Assembly (NCBI GenBank): GCA_951406725.2
Contig: OX597823.1
Location: forward strand, 52,700,001-52,764,000
Direction: 5' to 3'
Source: Octopus vulgaris
Taxonomy: Eukaryota
DNA length: 64,000 bases
Below the pieces are notes generated by a model that was not told the origin of the DNA, made no database searches, and saw nothing but the letters and a program-made list of their open reading frames with translations. This document shows, piece by piece, positions 14,434 through 28,362 of the stretch. The position numbers were made by a program, and so were the translations under genes. Within the stretch, counting starts at the first letter, position 1. Each line of letters begins with the position of its first letter.

Positions 14434-14946
14434 CCGTAAATCCTCGAGTATAGTCCACCCTTGAGTATAATACGCAGGGGATTTTTAGGGGGCTGTACCT
14501 CTGAAAAACCTAAACCTTGTGTATAATACGTGCCCCTTCTCTAACTTAAGTCAAGGAGGTCTATATAACGTCCTTGGTTTGTAAAAATGTGTACAGTAAC
14601 GTCCTTTATTATTATTGTATATATAACATAATGCAAATGTGTAGATTTTTTTGTGCGCTTTGTTTGCAGAAAATAAAGAAATAACAGTAATAACATTTAA
14701 TAAATGTTGCTTACTGCAAGTTATGGATGATTCTTTTATGACTTCATTGATTTCAGGCTTAGCTTAAGGTATTTTCACGCCCGACATCACAAAATGCATC
14801 TGAATAAACATTGCTGGACAGCAAATAGAGACTTGGACATTGCTTAGAAAATAATTTTCATTTTTAACCTCGTGTATAATACGCACTAGGGATTTTAACC
14901 TTTAAATTTTCGGAAAAAGATGTGGATTATACTCGAGGATTTATGG
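14434..14946. mobile_element. Tc1/mariner-superfamily (pogo/Tigger-like) MITE
   Basis: TIRs ccgtaaatcctcgagtata / tatactcgaggatttatgg with TA on both sides; second copy at 40417-40895. Confidence 0.9.
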
Positions 14947-14962
14947 TATGAAAGATTGAATC

Positions 14963-14963
<1 letters not shown>

Positions 14964-15037
<74 letters not shown>
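14964..15037. repeat. (TG)n microsatellite
   Basis: Direct reading. Confidence 0.95.
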
Positions 15038-15038
<1 letters not shown>

Positions 15039-15404
15039 ATTAAAAATAACCCAATTTATGATATTTTGAATGCATTTAATACATGTCTCAGATTATTATG
15101 CAATAGATAAAAATGAATTAATCTTCTTTGCAACATCTTCCTCAGCATTTCAAAATATTATTATATTATTATTATATGAAGGAGTACTGAAAAATTCCTA
15201 GCTTTAAGAGTATCATGGAAAGTCTGGTTAGAGGCCCAACTTCTAATTTCATTTACTGGGCTTAGAAAAACTGAAAGACCACTGCAATAAGTGAATGAAT
15301 CTGAGAGGGGATTATGCTGAATAAAGTCATAATTAACAATTCTTCCTGTATTTTCTTTTACCCAAAGCCAAGAACTGTTCAACACCCACTGATATGTCAT
15401 ACAA

Positions 15405-15612
15405 AGGCTGCAAGTATTTTGCATACCAGGCAAAATACTTAGTAGCGTTTTGTCCATCTTTACGTTCTAAGTTCAAATTCCGCTGAAGTCACCTTTTACT
15501 TTTCATCCTTTTTGGGGTCGATAAAATAAATACCAGTTGAGCAGTGGGGTCAATATAATTGACTTACCCACTCCGTTAAAGTTACTGGCCTTGCGCCAAA
15601 ATTTGAAATTGA
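15405..15612 (+). mobile_element. SINE family B
   Basis: Matches the family B core tttcatcctttttggggtcgataaaataaataccagtt. Confidence 0.75.
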
Positions 15613-15873
15613 TATTATATGCTATAAATTTTATGCCTGTACAAGCTAGCCAGTCCTTACTCCATTTGCAGAGATACTCCGACAAGGATTTGAGGTGATT
15701 TCTTGTACATTACTTGACTTGGAAAATTCTTGCATGTGCATTGCTTCTAAGCATAATACAATGTGTGTGTGTGCATGTGTATGTGTGTGTATGTGTGTGT
15801 GCACGTGCATACATGCGTGCATGTGCGCATGTGAGTATACATACAGACACAGCTCTCAGCCATTGTACCTTAA

Positions 15874-16091
15874 ACCTTTTGTTACCGTATTTATTTTGAG
15901 ATGCTCTGAGTTTTTTTCAATTATTTTAAATATAAAAAAGAATATAGTAAAATAACTTAGTTATCATTAAGCTGGTGTTAGGAACATAACTTGTGACTAA
16001 TGTTTGGTGGAAAATTTTAATTCAAAATTTATAACAAGACATTTGTACTACAGAGCCAGAGCCGGTTTCAGCCGGGTTGGTAACAAAAGGG
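15874..16091. mobile_element. piggyBac-like MITE
   Basis: TTAA at 15870-15873 and 16092-16095; TIRs (a)ccttttgttacc / ggtaacaaaaggg. Confidence 0.8.
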
Positions 16092-16769
16092 TTAACAATA
16101 TAATCAATAATAAACAAACAAGACATTAAACTTTCTCCTTATAGATCTGAAACCTGTGGGGATCCTAAATTATTTTATGTACAAGGCATATTAATTTTAT
16201 GAAAGTAGTATATTAAGCTTTGCTAAACAGTATGATGATTATTTCCAGTGTTCTTCAGTGTATTAAGCAATTTTCATTGAAGTACAAGTTCCTAATTGTG
16301 TATCACAAGAGGATTTATTAAGGATATTCTCTGACCGATATATATATGTATGTGCATATGTGTGTATGTGCTTGAGTGTGTGCGTATATGTGTGAACATA
16401 TATATATATATATATGAAACTGCTATGATATTTTGTGTCTTTGACTGAAGAGGTAAACTCAGCTGCAAATATTCTATGTATCGTGTCATTGTTTAATTTC
16501 CCATTCATTTAGTTTTCATCTACTTTCCCATTTACTCTGTTTTCGTCTAACTTTTCTCCTAGTTGTATTCTTTCGGTTTAACCCTTGATATATATTGCTG
16601 AGGAAATTTGGAACTCAACTGAGGATAGAAAATTCCGAATGAGCCGTCCTTGTTTTTTCCTGTCCTTTTTTGTATCATCTAACTGTCCGGATGTTCTGTT
16701 GTCACCTGTTACATTCTTGTTCCATTTTTTGTTTTGTTTTATGTATATATATATATATATATATATATA

Positions 16770-18035
16770 CATGGGTTGGACAAAATAATGGAAACACCTT
16801 AAAATTTCAAAAAAATTAATTTTAACATGGGGTAGGACTACCTTTGACAGTAATTACAGCTTGAATTCTACAAGGTATGGACTCGTACAAAGTTTCAATT
16901 GTTTCCAAAGAAATTTTTGTCCATTCTTCAGCTAAAACAGTCTCCAGTTCCTGTAGTGATGATGGTGGAGGATATCAACTCCTTACTTGTTTTTCTAAAA
17001 TGCACCATAAATGTTGAATAATATTGAGATCTGGAGACTGTGGTGGCCAGATAAGATGTTCAACTTCTCTAGAATGTTCTTTGTGCCATTCAGTAACAAT
17101 TTTAGCTGTGTGAACTGGTGTATTATCATCCTGAAAGATTGTGTATCACTCCAGAAACAGTTCAGCAACCATAGGATGAATTTGATCAGGTAAAATGCTT
17201 AAACAGTCTTGACTATTAATTCTACTATGAAGGGAAACCATTGGGCTGGTGGATTTCCAAGATATAACCTGCCAGATCATCATAGATCTTTCTCCATGTT
17301 TAACAGTTGGAAGAAGGCAGTCTCAGTCAAATGCTTCTTTTGGCTCTCTCCACATGTATAGTCAGCCGGTGGTCAGAAATAAAGTAAAGGATGACTCATC
17401 CAAGAAAATAATACTCTTCCACTGCTCTAGGAACCAATTCTGTAGGTTTTTACTCCACTCTAAATGCTTTAGAACATTTGTTTTTGAAAGTAGTGGTTTT
17501 CTGATTGCAGCCCTCCCACGAAATCCAGCTTTGTGCAGCTCCCAGCAAACAGGTTTTGAGGAAACTGGGTGCTCAAGATGGTCATTAAGCTCTGCAGTAA
17601 TTTCGGGAGTTGTACTTTTGTGATCCTTTCTAACAATTCGCGCATGAGTCCGATGGTCCCTATCTGAAAGTTATGGTTTTCTTCCAGAGTTTTGTTTCAA
17701 CAAGGAAGTTTTTCCCTCTCTCAAAGGCTGTCATTACTTTCAAGATAGTACTTCTTGATACACCAAACATTTCAGTTGTTTTCGTTATGCTAGTGCCTGC
17801 CATATGAACACCAACAATTTGACCTCTTTGAAAGTCCAATAGATCTGTCATTTTAATGTATTTTAATTATCTTTTTCTGATGATATCTGAAAAGAAAGAG
17901 CAATTTTAGCAAAACATATTAAGCAACACTAAAAATATATAAAAGACATAAAAATGAACAAGTTTTTGACAGTTTTAATAGATATTTCAAAATTATGATG
18001 CTTTGATGCTAGGTGTTTCCATTAGTTTGTCCAGC

Positions 18036-18040
<5 letters not shown>
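16770..18040 (-). mobile_element. Tc1-family DNA transposon, decayed
   Basis: About 30-bp TIRs catgggttggacaaaataatggaaacacct / aggtgtttccattagtttgtccagcccct, inserted in (TA)n. Confidence 0.92.
16822..17851 (-). pseudogene. Tc1 transposase, frameshifted
   Basis: MTDLLDFQRGQIVG (HTH region), EQWKSIIFLDESS, IFQDDNTPVH, WPPQSPDLNIIQHLW (catalytic E reads Q) and C-terminal IPCRIQAVITVKG. Confidence 0.9.
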
Positions 18041-18084
<44 letters not shown>

Positions 18085-18261
18085 TGGTTCTAAAGAAGTT
18101 TGCTTCTCAACTACAAAGTTCTGAGTTTAATCTCACCTGGCTGACCCAAGCTTTTTGAATGTACATGGTAGATGGAAACTGAAAAAATTCTGCCACACAT
18201 ACATAAGTGTGTGCTTGCATGTGTGCATGTGTGTGTGTGTTTGTGTGTGTGTGTATGTGTG

Positions 18262-18292
<31 letters not shown>

Positions 18293-18293
18293 A

Positions 18294-18334
<41 letters not shown>

Positions 18335-18459
18335 GTCTCTTTGTCTTGTGATTACTTGATGATCGTAAATCAATGTCACTACCATTCAGCTGGTGCCATG
18401 CATTTTCTACCTGCTATGAAAACGTCTGGCCATGAAGAAATATTGTCATAATTGGGAAC

Positions 18460-18860
18460 AGATGAGGCTTGTCAAGAGAAGAGGCATCCAGCATATGGAG
18501 CTCTCTTGTCTCCCAAGGATCATGCTCTATAGAGAACTTGCAATTGGAACAAGACCCAGAGGAGGTCCGAAATTCCGTTTTAAAGACCAGCTCAAATGGA
18601 GCTTGGCTCAAGCTAACATCCAGCCACCCTCATGGGAACAGATTGCCATGGATAGGACAGCCTATCCACAATAGAGCCAGCTCTTTCAAGCAGAACAGAC
18701 AAGAGAATGAGGAGGCAAAATGCAGGAGAAAAAAGGCGCATCTTCAACATCCTTGACCTGCACTGACCATCCCATAATAGTTCTGCCCATGACTTTTTCA
18801 CCACTGACTTGAATTCCAAGGTCACTTTCGGCACAAACATCAGCCAAGGAGACTGGATGG
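18460..18860 (+). pseudogene. RTE-clade LINE ORF C-terminal remnant
   Basis: LPRIMLYRELAIGTRPRGGPKFRFKDQLK...SWEQIAMDR matches the RTE C-terminal motif. Confidence 0.85.
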
Positions 18861-19309
18861 AAACTGATGAACCCAATGCTTGAATAAGAGCTGGAGCCAA
18901 TGACATGCTTCAATTCATATTTGAATTTATTCCTAAATATGCATTGTTTGGGCATAGCAGTAGATGGATTTTACACCATTTCACCTATAGTCATGGATAG
19001 GCTATTCAATCTGCCTCCAGTTTGATTCAGGTACATGATGTACAAAACAGTGCTGATGCTGTAAAATGGTGAAACATCTTTGGGCATCACTCCTAAACGG
19101 GACTTGGGGTGACTTGTCTCCCTTGTTTATACCTGTGACTTTCATGTGTTTTAACATTCAGCACTCTGAGAGGGTAATCCCCTGTGCATCAAATCACAGC
19201 CAACTGGCAAACAAGCAAACATATATTGTAGATGTGTATTTGGTAATATTTACAATGCTTGCACTACTTTTAATTCATATATATAAATGCACACACACAC
19301 ACACACCCA

Positions 19310-19466
19310 CAAAGGTCAGTCTAAGTTTTTGTCTACCAAATGCACTTGCAAGGCTTTGGTTGGACCAGGGACATAATAGAAGAGCTGTTGCACAAGTGGG
19401 ACTGAACATAAGAAGACATGGTTCAGAAGCTAGTATCCTAATACAGCCATACATACACACAGGCAT

Positions 19467-19507
<41 letters not shown>

Positions 19508-19960
19508 TACACCCTCATCAGCACTGTTTTGTCTTCTGTCCATGCTGGCATGGCTTGCATGGGTCACCATGGCTGGAATCAACACATATTTGTAGCGCTG
19601 CACTTCACTCAAGTGCTTGGTTTCTACAGCTGGATGCACTTCCTTACACTAACTATTTTATTGCATGCACTTCATTGCATTTTTACGATACCAATACTAG
19701 ACAGCTGCATATCCTGTATTCTGTTTGTAAGTTGTATGAGTTCATAAAAAGCAGCCATGCTGGTGCCACATAAAAAATTCCAATATTGGCACCATGTAAA
19801 AATCTCCCAGTACACTCTGTAAAGTGGTTGGCATTAAAGAGCATCCAGTCATGGAAACCTTGCCAAAACAGACAATTTGGAGCTTGATGCAGCTCTCCAG
19901 TTTTCCAGAGCCTATCAACCCATGACAACATGGAAAATGGACGTTAAATAATGCTGATGG
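19310..19960. mobile_element. cluster: family A SINE head (minus) and two oppositely oriented RTE-tail fragments
   Basis: tttctacagctggatgcacttcc (minus) and cacactctgtaaagtggttggcatt...ggacgttaaa (plus). Confidence 0.65.
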
Positions 19961-22787
19961 TGGAAGTGGTGGTGGTGGTGGCGGTGGCAGTGGCAGTGGC
20001 GGTGGTGGCAGCAGCAGCAGCGATGGTGATGGTGATGTATGATGATGATTTCTTTTTCTTTATTTTTCTTTCATCTTAGACACCACCTGAGTGTGCTCAA
20101 GCAAGTGTGCAATTCTGTTGATTAATGAACTGAAATATCAAATGAAAATGATTGTATTTTGTCCCTTTTGTTTTACCTATACAAGATACAAACAAGGTTA
20201 CCATACCTCTGTAGCATTAGCAGGGCAGTCAAATTACTTCATCCCAGCATAGTAGCACACTGGTGCTGTGTTCAAATGCTCTTTAAAAGCTAATGGCAAA
20301 GGAATACACATGATGACTTTTGTCCAGAGTAATACCCTGTGCTTTTGAAAGACATTTTATCCAGTCACTGTCTAAATGTCGGAACATTAACATCTGGTTC
20401 TCTTTCATCCCTGCTTTGCTTTATCCAATCAGATGTAGACACTAATCTATCAACGAGCTGGTGGCTTGTCTAGTTCGACACACTATGGGATTTCTACCTC
20501 GCCTCACTACCACTTGAAGACTCATTGGATATTTTAGATTTGCTACCAAGTACCAGAGCTAACTAACTACCTTGATGTGTATTAAGGAATTAACTCATGC
20601 CTCCTACACCCTGTTGTCTTGTACGCTTATCTCTGTTGTGCCAGCTACTTCATGTGTGAGCAAAGAATAAATTATGTTTGTTAACCAAAAGCATTACCTT
20701 CTGATTTTCATTGTTACCTTTAAGTAAAACATGCATTTATACATTTCAAACCTTCTTACATGCACACATCTAAATATACTTCCTAAACTGATAAAGCCCA
20801 ACTCTTATTTAGCTCTTGTTACACCTCTGTTGTCCATGTTGTCCTAACTTTCCATGCTTAATTTTCTTATACACACACACATATTTGCACTTGTCTAATA
20901 TGATTATTTTCCTATAGCACAGGTAGAATCTGTTTCTCTACATTGGTTATCTATGCATTGTAGGAACAATTCATTTTTACATCAATATGCCCTAGCTTTT
21001 GCTAGCTCTTCAGCCTTATAGCAGGAATGAAAATCATTTGTTAGCTGGAGAGAATGAACCACATAAGGTAATACAACTTACCTTTTGGCAAAACAGAGTG
21101 AGTGAGATAGCAAAGATTAAACATATGGTTTTATAAGCAGAAATTCAAGCACATCCTATGCAATGCACTTCCTTTTAACTTGAAATTCCTCTCGTAAACC
21201 TTGTGATATCTTAAACTAGTTATAAATTGTAAATTTAATGTGAAATTTAAACTGAAATCCCTAGATTGACATATATGCTGTTTTGACTTGTGTCACTATA
21301 TCTAGTTCTGATGTCTCTATACTACAAATAATGTCAGACAAGAATGCTAACATGAGTGCTTGTGATACGCAACAAAGCAGTAATAGACATAAATTATTCA
21401 CATCTTTATGTTAAGGCAATTTTGATTGAAGAATCTTCCTGTATTGTATAATGTTCCCTTCCAGACTATGATAGATTTTTGCTGCTCTGCTCTATTTTTA
21501 ACCTTTGAGTCAACTGCTGCAACTGAGTAAATTATTAAAAGAGGCATGAAACACAGACAATTTTCTAGCTTTTATTCTCCCTTTCTGTTTGATCAAATGT
21601 CTTTCAGTTTGTATCCAAACAATTGCTACTGTTGTGTTGAAAAGCAAAATAATTGAAGTTTCTTCATCTCCTGTAGGTTCTGACCCCCAAATTTAAGATC
21701 TGGGAATGTAATTTCAAACAAGAATATGTATAAAATCATATCCTCACAGCAGCTTTATTATTATAACTAGTCTTTCAAACGGCGAAATCCAGTGTTTTTA
21801 AGTGGATAAGATTAAAGATATCTATAAGTACAAGCATTTCTTCATGATTCAAGGGAATTTCACTGTTGATTGGTTATGGTATGAAATTCTCTTGTGACTC
21901 ATGTTGATATCTTGTCAGCAAATGGATGCTCTATAAAATGTTTAACTGACCAAAAACAGCTTTACTGAATATGTCTTCAATTCTCAATTTTGATACGGCA
22001 GACCCAGGGGTCTTCCTTTACAGTTTGTTATAGACATTTCAATTTTATGACATTATTCTCTGTGGGGAGTTTCTGAAAGATAAAAGCACCAAAGTGTTTC
22101 TAATTAGAAATGCTCATAAGAAACAATAATCTAATAGAGAAGCGAAATGTCATCAATAAGCAGTAGGCACCTGCTCAAATGTTTGCTGCATCAAAGAATG
22201 AAAGCATCCGTTTACATAATCACTGATAAGTAATGTAAAAAGAACTAAAGCAATTTTAATATTTCTTCCATCGCCATATTTTAGTGCTTCTCATTCCTTA
22301 TTTTTAAAGTGAAAGCTAATGCGACTGGACATAAATTCTGGCATAAAAATAAGACGTCATTCAATTGTTACCTTAGCTGTTGTCTGCTTTCACAAAAGAT
22401 TCCATTATTGCTCGTTTTTATTTTATCCTTTTTCTATTTCTTTAATGTAGAGAAACCAGTAATTTATGACTCATTGAAAGTTCATATTTTCAAGACATTT
22501 TCTATATTCTAACACGGGTAAGAGATATCATCTGGATATATATCACTAGAAACTATAAAGGAGGTATGACTATGAGAAATATAACTACATAAAATATCCT
22601 GTCACATCAATGAAAAGTATATTATGAGACTCTATATAAATACATGCACACATATATATATATATACACATATATGCATATGTTCTCTCACACACATTCA
22701 TGCAAGCACAAACACACATGCAAACATGTTTATAAGAATACACATGTACAGGCATAAATATGTACCTTACAAAAAAAATAAAGAAAA

Positions 22788-22853
<66 letters not shown>

Positions 22854-22893
22854 TTTATTCACTAAACTTCTGATTTATTATTTATTATTATTA

Positions 22894-22961
<68 letters not shown>

Positions 22962-23005
22962 GTTGTTATTATTATTGTTGTTATTATTATTATTATTATT
23001 ATTAT
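22788..23005. repeat. two (ATT)n/(GTT) microsatellites
   Basis: Direct reading; source of the poly-I/L/N ORFs. Confidence 0.95.
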
Positions 23006-23410
23006 TTGCATACATTGAAACAAAGTTGCATGGCTTATTAAATGACAACCAAGTTGGTCTTTCCAACATTTGCATATTGCTATATGGAATTCACTGGCGA
23101 AATTAAGGCATTCTTCCTGGCAAAAGTAGGGGCAGCATATAAGTATAGGGTGTATAGTTTGTCTCATTTAAATATTTGTATAGAAGAGATCTGAAACTAT
23201 CGGAATGTACAGAATACAGCAACAGAAGCATTATCATGTATCTTTTAACCTGTCTAAAGGAGAATTGTAATTTCTGTCCCCATTTTGAAGTTGTATAATA
23301 TATATATATATATGCATGGTATGTTTGTCTATGTATGTGAGCATGTATGTGTATGCATATTAATGTATCTATTTATCTATCTATCTATCTATTTATCTAT
23401 CTATCTATTT

Positions 23411-23452
<42 letters not shown>

Positions 23453-23500
23453 GGTATGTATATGTATGTGTGTGAGCATGTATGTGTATGTGTATGTATG

Positions 23501-23532
<32 letters not shown>

Positions 23533-23556
23533 AATATTTATATATATATATATATA

Positions 23557-23893
23557 TGGTGGCTGCCCCCTCGTTATCGAGTATGGCCATTGCACGATGC
23601 TTAATCAATGTTGTTATCGTGCAATGCCTGTGCAAGAAGATTTTTTTAAAGTGAGGAAAGGCTGTGCACTGAGTTAATCTCACTCACTAAGTAACAGCAG
23701 CCATGATTCAAAAAGAAGAACAAGTCAACATCATCGGTAACCACTGAGCCGCAGGTTTTATGTCGGAGTTATCCCAGTTACCTGAGTTACCATCTCCTAG
23801 AAGGATGCCCTAACATAGGCTAAGAGTCCTTCACTCCCAATGGTTTAACTGCGCGATTGGGTATTCAGTCTGATTATTTCTATGTCCCCGCGC
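23557..23893 (-). mobile_element. probable non-autonomous RTE-derived element (5' UTR-like part plus 3' tail)
   Basis: GC-richer insert between (TA)n tracts. The minus-strand end tggccatactcgataacgagggggcagcc resembles RTE tails. Internal 11-bp stem cattgcacgat/atcgtgcaatg. Confidence 0.45.
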
Positions 23894-24139
23894 ATATATA
23901 TATAATAACGGGTAAAATTTACGAATTGATAATTAATAATTTTACCAAGTTGTTCAGTATGTTAAAAAACCTTTATTGGTAAACCTTATACAAAAATTTT
24001 TGTATATATGTATATGAATATACATATATCATTAGACAATGTATGAGGGATCAACAGTTTCTTTCTGAACAACCTCACAGATAATGTGTTTATTGTGATC
24101 AAATATTTGTGTAGACATAAGCTCACTCCTTCCACCAAA

Positions 24140-24317
24140 TCAACATTACCTGTACAGGTGCAACTGGGTGCCACATGTCAGATGTCAAAATGACTGCAGA
24201 GCGACGTCAAATGAAGTGCTTTGCTCAAGAACACAACACAAGGCCCAGTCTGGGAATCGAACCTGTGATCTCGCAATTGCGAGTGCAACACCATAGCCAC
24301 AAACCCTTGCACCTTCA
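24140..24317 (-). mobile_element. SINE family C, 5' part
   Basis: atgaagtgctttgctcaagaacacaac...gggaatcgaacc as in other copies. Confidence 0.7.
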
Positions 24318-24375
24318 CACACACACACACACATATATATAGACAGATTGATTGGTAGATAGATAGATGGATAGA

Positions 24376-24770
24376 TAAAACTTACTTGGGAAAGGATGTG
24401 TGGTATTCAATCATCTAATAATATAAATAATATATAAACATATGCATATATATCCCAAATTTGATTTAATTTGCTTTGCGGGAAGGACTGTTTGAATGAA
24501 GTTGGGTATTGTCCCTACCTTCGAAATATGGAGAAGATGAAACAAGGACAACAGATGAAGGGAAAGTTCTTTATGCTGCATGACTTGATTCTCTGTTTGT
24601 TTTTTTCGTTGTTCGAAAAAAGACAATTTTCTGTTGTGTCTACCTTTTTTTTTTTTTTGATGTCCTGTACCCATATATTCATGTATATATACATATATAT
24701 GTATGTACATATATGTATGTATATATGCATGCATTTATATATTATTTATATCATATATATATGTATGTAT
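24376..24770. mobile_element. family D element with an inverted short arm
   Basis: aaacttacttgggaaaggatgtg start as at 12670. About 24418-24452 is the inverted complement of about 24718-24755. Confidence 0.55.
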
Positions 24771-24771
24771 G

Positions 24772-24824
<53 letters not shown>

Positions 24825-24835
24825 GTATATATATA

Positions 24836-25050
24836 GTTTATCCAAACATGAAAACACAAAGAGAAAACACAACAATGCGAGGACGTGGAACAAGTATAGT
24901 GTTATTGGATGCTCAGGAAAGGAAAGAAAGAAGGAAGATTTAACGTTTCGAGCAGAGCTCTTCGTCAGAAACATAGGAAAACAAAAGATCCAAGGAAGGG
25001 AAGATGGAGGAAAAAATTGCCAACAATACACGCACGGTCACATTTTGAAA
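24836..25050 (-). mobile_element. Penelope-like pLTR fragment
   Basis: Abuts (TA)n; contains a minimal hammerhead followed by a pyrimidine-rich tail on the minus strand. Confidence 0.65.
24938..24972 (-). ncRNA. minimal type I hammerhead ribozyme motif
   Basis: Minus strand: GUUU CUGACGA A GAGC UCU GCUC GAAA CG UU AAAU; palindromic AACGUU in place of stem III. Confidence 0.7.
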
Positions 25051-25135
25051 TATGTACATATAATAATGTGTTTGCATGTGTACAGTATCTGGTTTGCAAC
25101 ATTCTTCATATGAAGTTGTGTGTTGAAGCAAATTA

Positions 25136-25316
25136 TGTTGTGTCTGGGGAGAGTCATTTTGTCTTAATGCCTTATTATCTAACACACTCACAGGTTTAAT
25201 TTCTGCAATGAAAATTTTGGAAGGAAAAGTATAAATAATAAATGAGTGGAAATCAAACCAGTGTGTGTATTAAATAATAAGATATTAAGACAATATGACT
25301 CACCACAAACACAATA
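25136..25316. repeat. imperfect inverted repeat (about 68-bp arms, about 45-bp spacer)
   Basis: 25136-25203 vs reverse complement of 25249-25316, roughly 80% identical by eye. Confidence 0.8.
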
Positions 25317-25333
25317 TATATATATATATGTTT

Positions 25334-25686
<353 letters not shown>

Positions 25687-25769
25687 ATATATTACATATT
25701 GTTCTCTTATTATTGGGATCAATAATTATATATATATATATATATATATAAACTTACATAGTAGATATC

Positions 25770-25999
25770 TTTTTCTTTCTTGTTTCAGTCATTAGACTGT
25801 GGCCATGCTGGGACACCACCTTGAAGAATTTTAGTTGAACAAATTGACCTTAGTACTTAGATTTTTAAAGCCTGGTAAATATTCTATCAGTCTCTTTTGA
25901 TGAATTGCTAAGTTATAGGGACATAAACACACCAATCAGTTGTCAAGAAGTGGTAGAGAACAAACACAGACACAATAACAGATACACACACACACACAC

Positions 26000-26045
<46 letters not shown>

Positions 26046-26225
26046 ATAGGCACACACACATTTATATATGCATATACAATGGGCTTCTTTCAGTTTCTGT
26101 CTACCAAATCAACTCACATTGATTTAGTTGACCTAAGGCTATAGTAGTAGAGACTTGCTCAAGGTGTTATGCCGTGGGACTGAACCCAGAAGCGTATGGT
26201 TGGCAAGCAAATTTCTTACCACATA
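25770..26225 (-). mobile_element. SINE family A
   Basis: Full reverse-complement architecture with internal CA/TA tract. Confidence 0.8.
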
Positions 26226-27831
26226 AACATGTCAAACCTACCTAATTTCTGTGAAGACAGAGAAAATGACGAATCACCTGATTTGATAATTTGTTATCTG
26301 CATTACAAATACAAAATGCATGTATATGCAATGGGCAAAATAGTCTATTGAAATCTTGCCATTTTAGTAGCGGAACACCTATCCAGTGACAAGGAAATTG
26401 ATTGATAAAGCAAGGAAATTGCCAGGAACCTTCTTTATATAATTAAGTAGTTTTTGGCTAAACTTTTTTTTTTATTTGTGTCTTCTGTTATTTCCAGTAA
26501 TTTCCTATTTGGTTCGGAGGGCTTTTTAAACCTTGCAAAAGGATTCGGCACAAACAGTAAAAATACTAACTCTTTATTGCATTAGAAAATAATCTCACAA
26601 TTGACTACTTCAAACAGCGTGGAAAGAAAGTCAATCAATAAATATAATCAATAACCTTTTGACCTGCTTGCAGGCGTGCAATGAAAATCAACAGGGCTGT
26701 TCACCAAGGCGGAACATTTTGCACCTCAACAGAATACTCTGTCAGCTTGTCTTTGGCCATAATTACTAATGCATATATAATTATATAATGACCTTACAAT
26801 TACAGACAGAAGACTATATTACATATCCAGTAAGTGAAATTGTAGATTGGAAACACATGGCTTACAGCTGAAGATTGTTATAGAAGCTGCAGAATCAATT
26901 ATTAAAGGAAAACCTATTGGCATGATCACTTAAATTAAAACTGCCCAATCAAAATACCATCAACATCTGGGTTGTGTATTGCACTTGACCGGAAAATAAA
27001 TTTGTTGTTGTTGACAAAATATTGTTATCTGTATATATTTAATAAAATTGTAGAGAAAGCCATACGTTGAGAGAATTTTCTTAAAGTTTCCTTTTATATG
27101 CCCTGCTGTATAAAGAATTTTGAAAATGTAATCTAATTTCTATTTAGAATCTCATATGCATTATTGTCAGAGGCATTATTACAAATATGTGTGTGTGTTG
27201 TGTGTATGTGTGCATGTGTGTGTGTGTGCATGTTTGTATGAGCATGAGTGTGGGTGTATGTGCATATACAAAGTTCTGTATGTGCATGTGTCTATATATA
27301 GGTGACTGTATACATGCATATGTAGGCGTATGTATCTATGTGAATGTGTATGTGTGTGTGAGCATATATGAATATGCATAAGGATATACATATATATATT
27401 TATAGATATTACTATGCACTAACTGTGTTTTGCTTCAATACTATGTAATGTGCGAAATTACATGGTGCTCCAGCATGGCCCCAACCTCTGGTTGACACCA
27501 GTAAAATAGCAAAAGAGTGATTACACACACACACACACACACACAAACAAACAAACACACACATGCATGCATACATACACATATAGATACATAAGATGCA
27601 TGCACACATACACAGACAGACCAGTACTACGTAATAAACAGATGTAAACAGAAAAAGGGGGATCAGTTGCTAGGAGCTATTCTAAGCCCTAATGAAATCA
27701 GAACACAGGTTTGAAGCTAGTCCTACTGTGGTCTGTTATTTTCTATTCACAAAGATATTGTATATAAAGACAAGGTGTTTAGAACTGTGTATAGGTTAAA
27801 ACCTATTGATATAATCTGTTGTACAGAGTAA

Positions 27832-27870
<39 letters not shown>

Positions 27871-27921
27871 TTAATAATATCAGGGTAATAAAATTTTAGA
27901 AATTTTTACTACCAGTGGCCT

Positions 27922-28045
27922 TATTCTTTTGTAAGCCCAGTACTTATTCTATCGGTTTCTTTTGCTGAACCGCTAAGTAACGGGGACATAAACACACCAG
28001 CATCAGTTGTCAAGCAATGCTAGGGGAACAAACACAGACACACAA

Positions 28046-28076
<31 letters not shown>

Positions 28077-28247
28077 CATATATACGACAGGCTTCTTTCA
28101 GTTTCCGTCTACCAAATCCACTCACAAGGCATTGGTCGGCCCGGGGCTATAGCAGAAGACACTTGCCCAAGATGCCACGCAGTAGGACTGAACCCGGAAC
28201 CATGTGGTTGGTTAGCAAGCTACTTACCACACAGCCACTCCTGCACT
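27922..28247 (-). mobile_element. SINE family A, young copy
   Basis: High similarity to 4041-4480 and 55790-56138. Confidence 0.85.
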
Positions 28248-28281
28248 TATATATATATAAATACATATATATATATGTATG

Positions 28282-28362
28282 GATAACTGAAGGGATGGCG
28301 GCATGGATTTCCACCTTGGTATCCGAAATTCGGAGTATTATCTTAGCTACCGAATAATTGTC
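28282..28362 (+). ncRNA. degenerate type I hammerhead motif with extended stems II and III
   Basis: GAUAA CUGAAG(-) GGAU...AUCC GAAA UUCGG...CCGAA UA (A)UUGUC. The core lacks one A. Confidence 0.45.

Noticed and set aside
19066-19773. 235-aa ORF
   Set aside because: Runs through a SINE head, (CA)n and an RTE tail; a chance composite.
22585-23167. Poly-N/I/L ORFs resembling membrane proteins
   Set aside because: Products of (ATT)n repeats.
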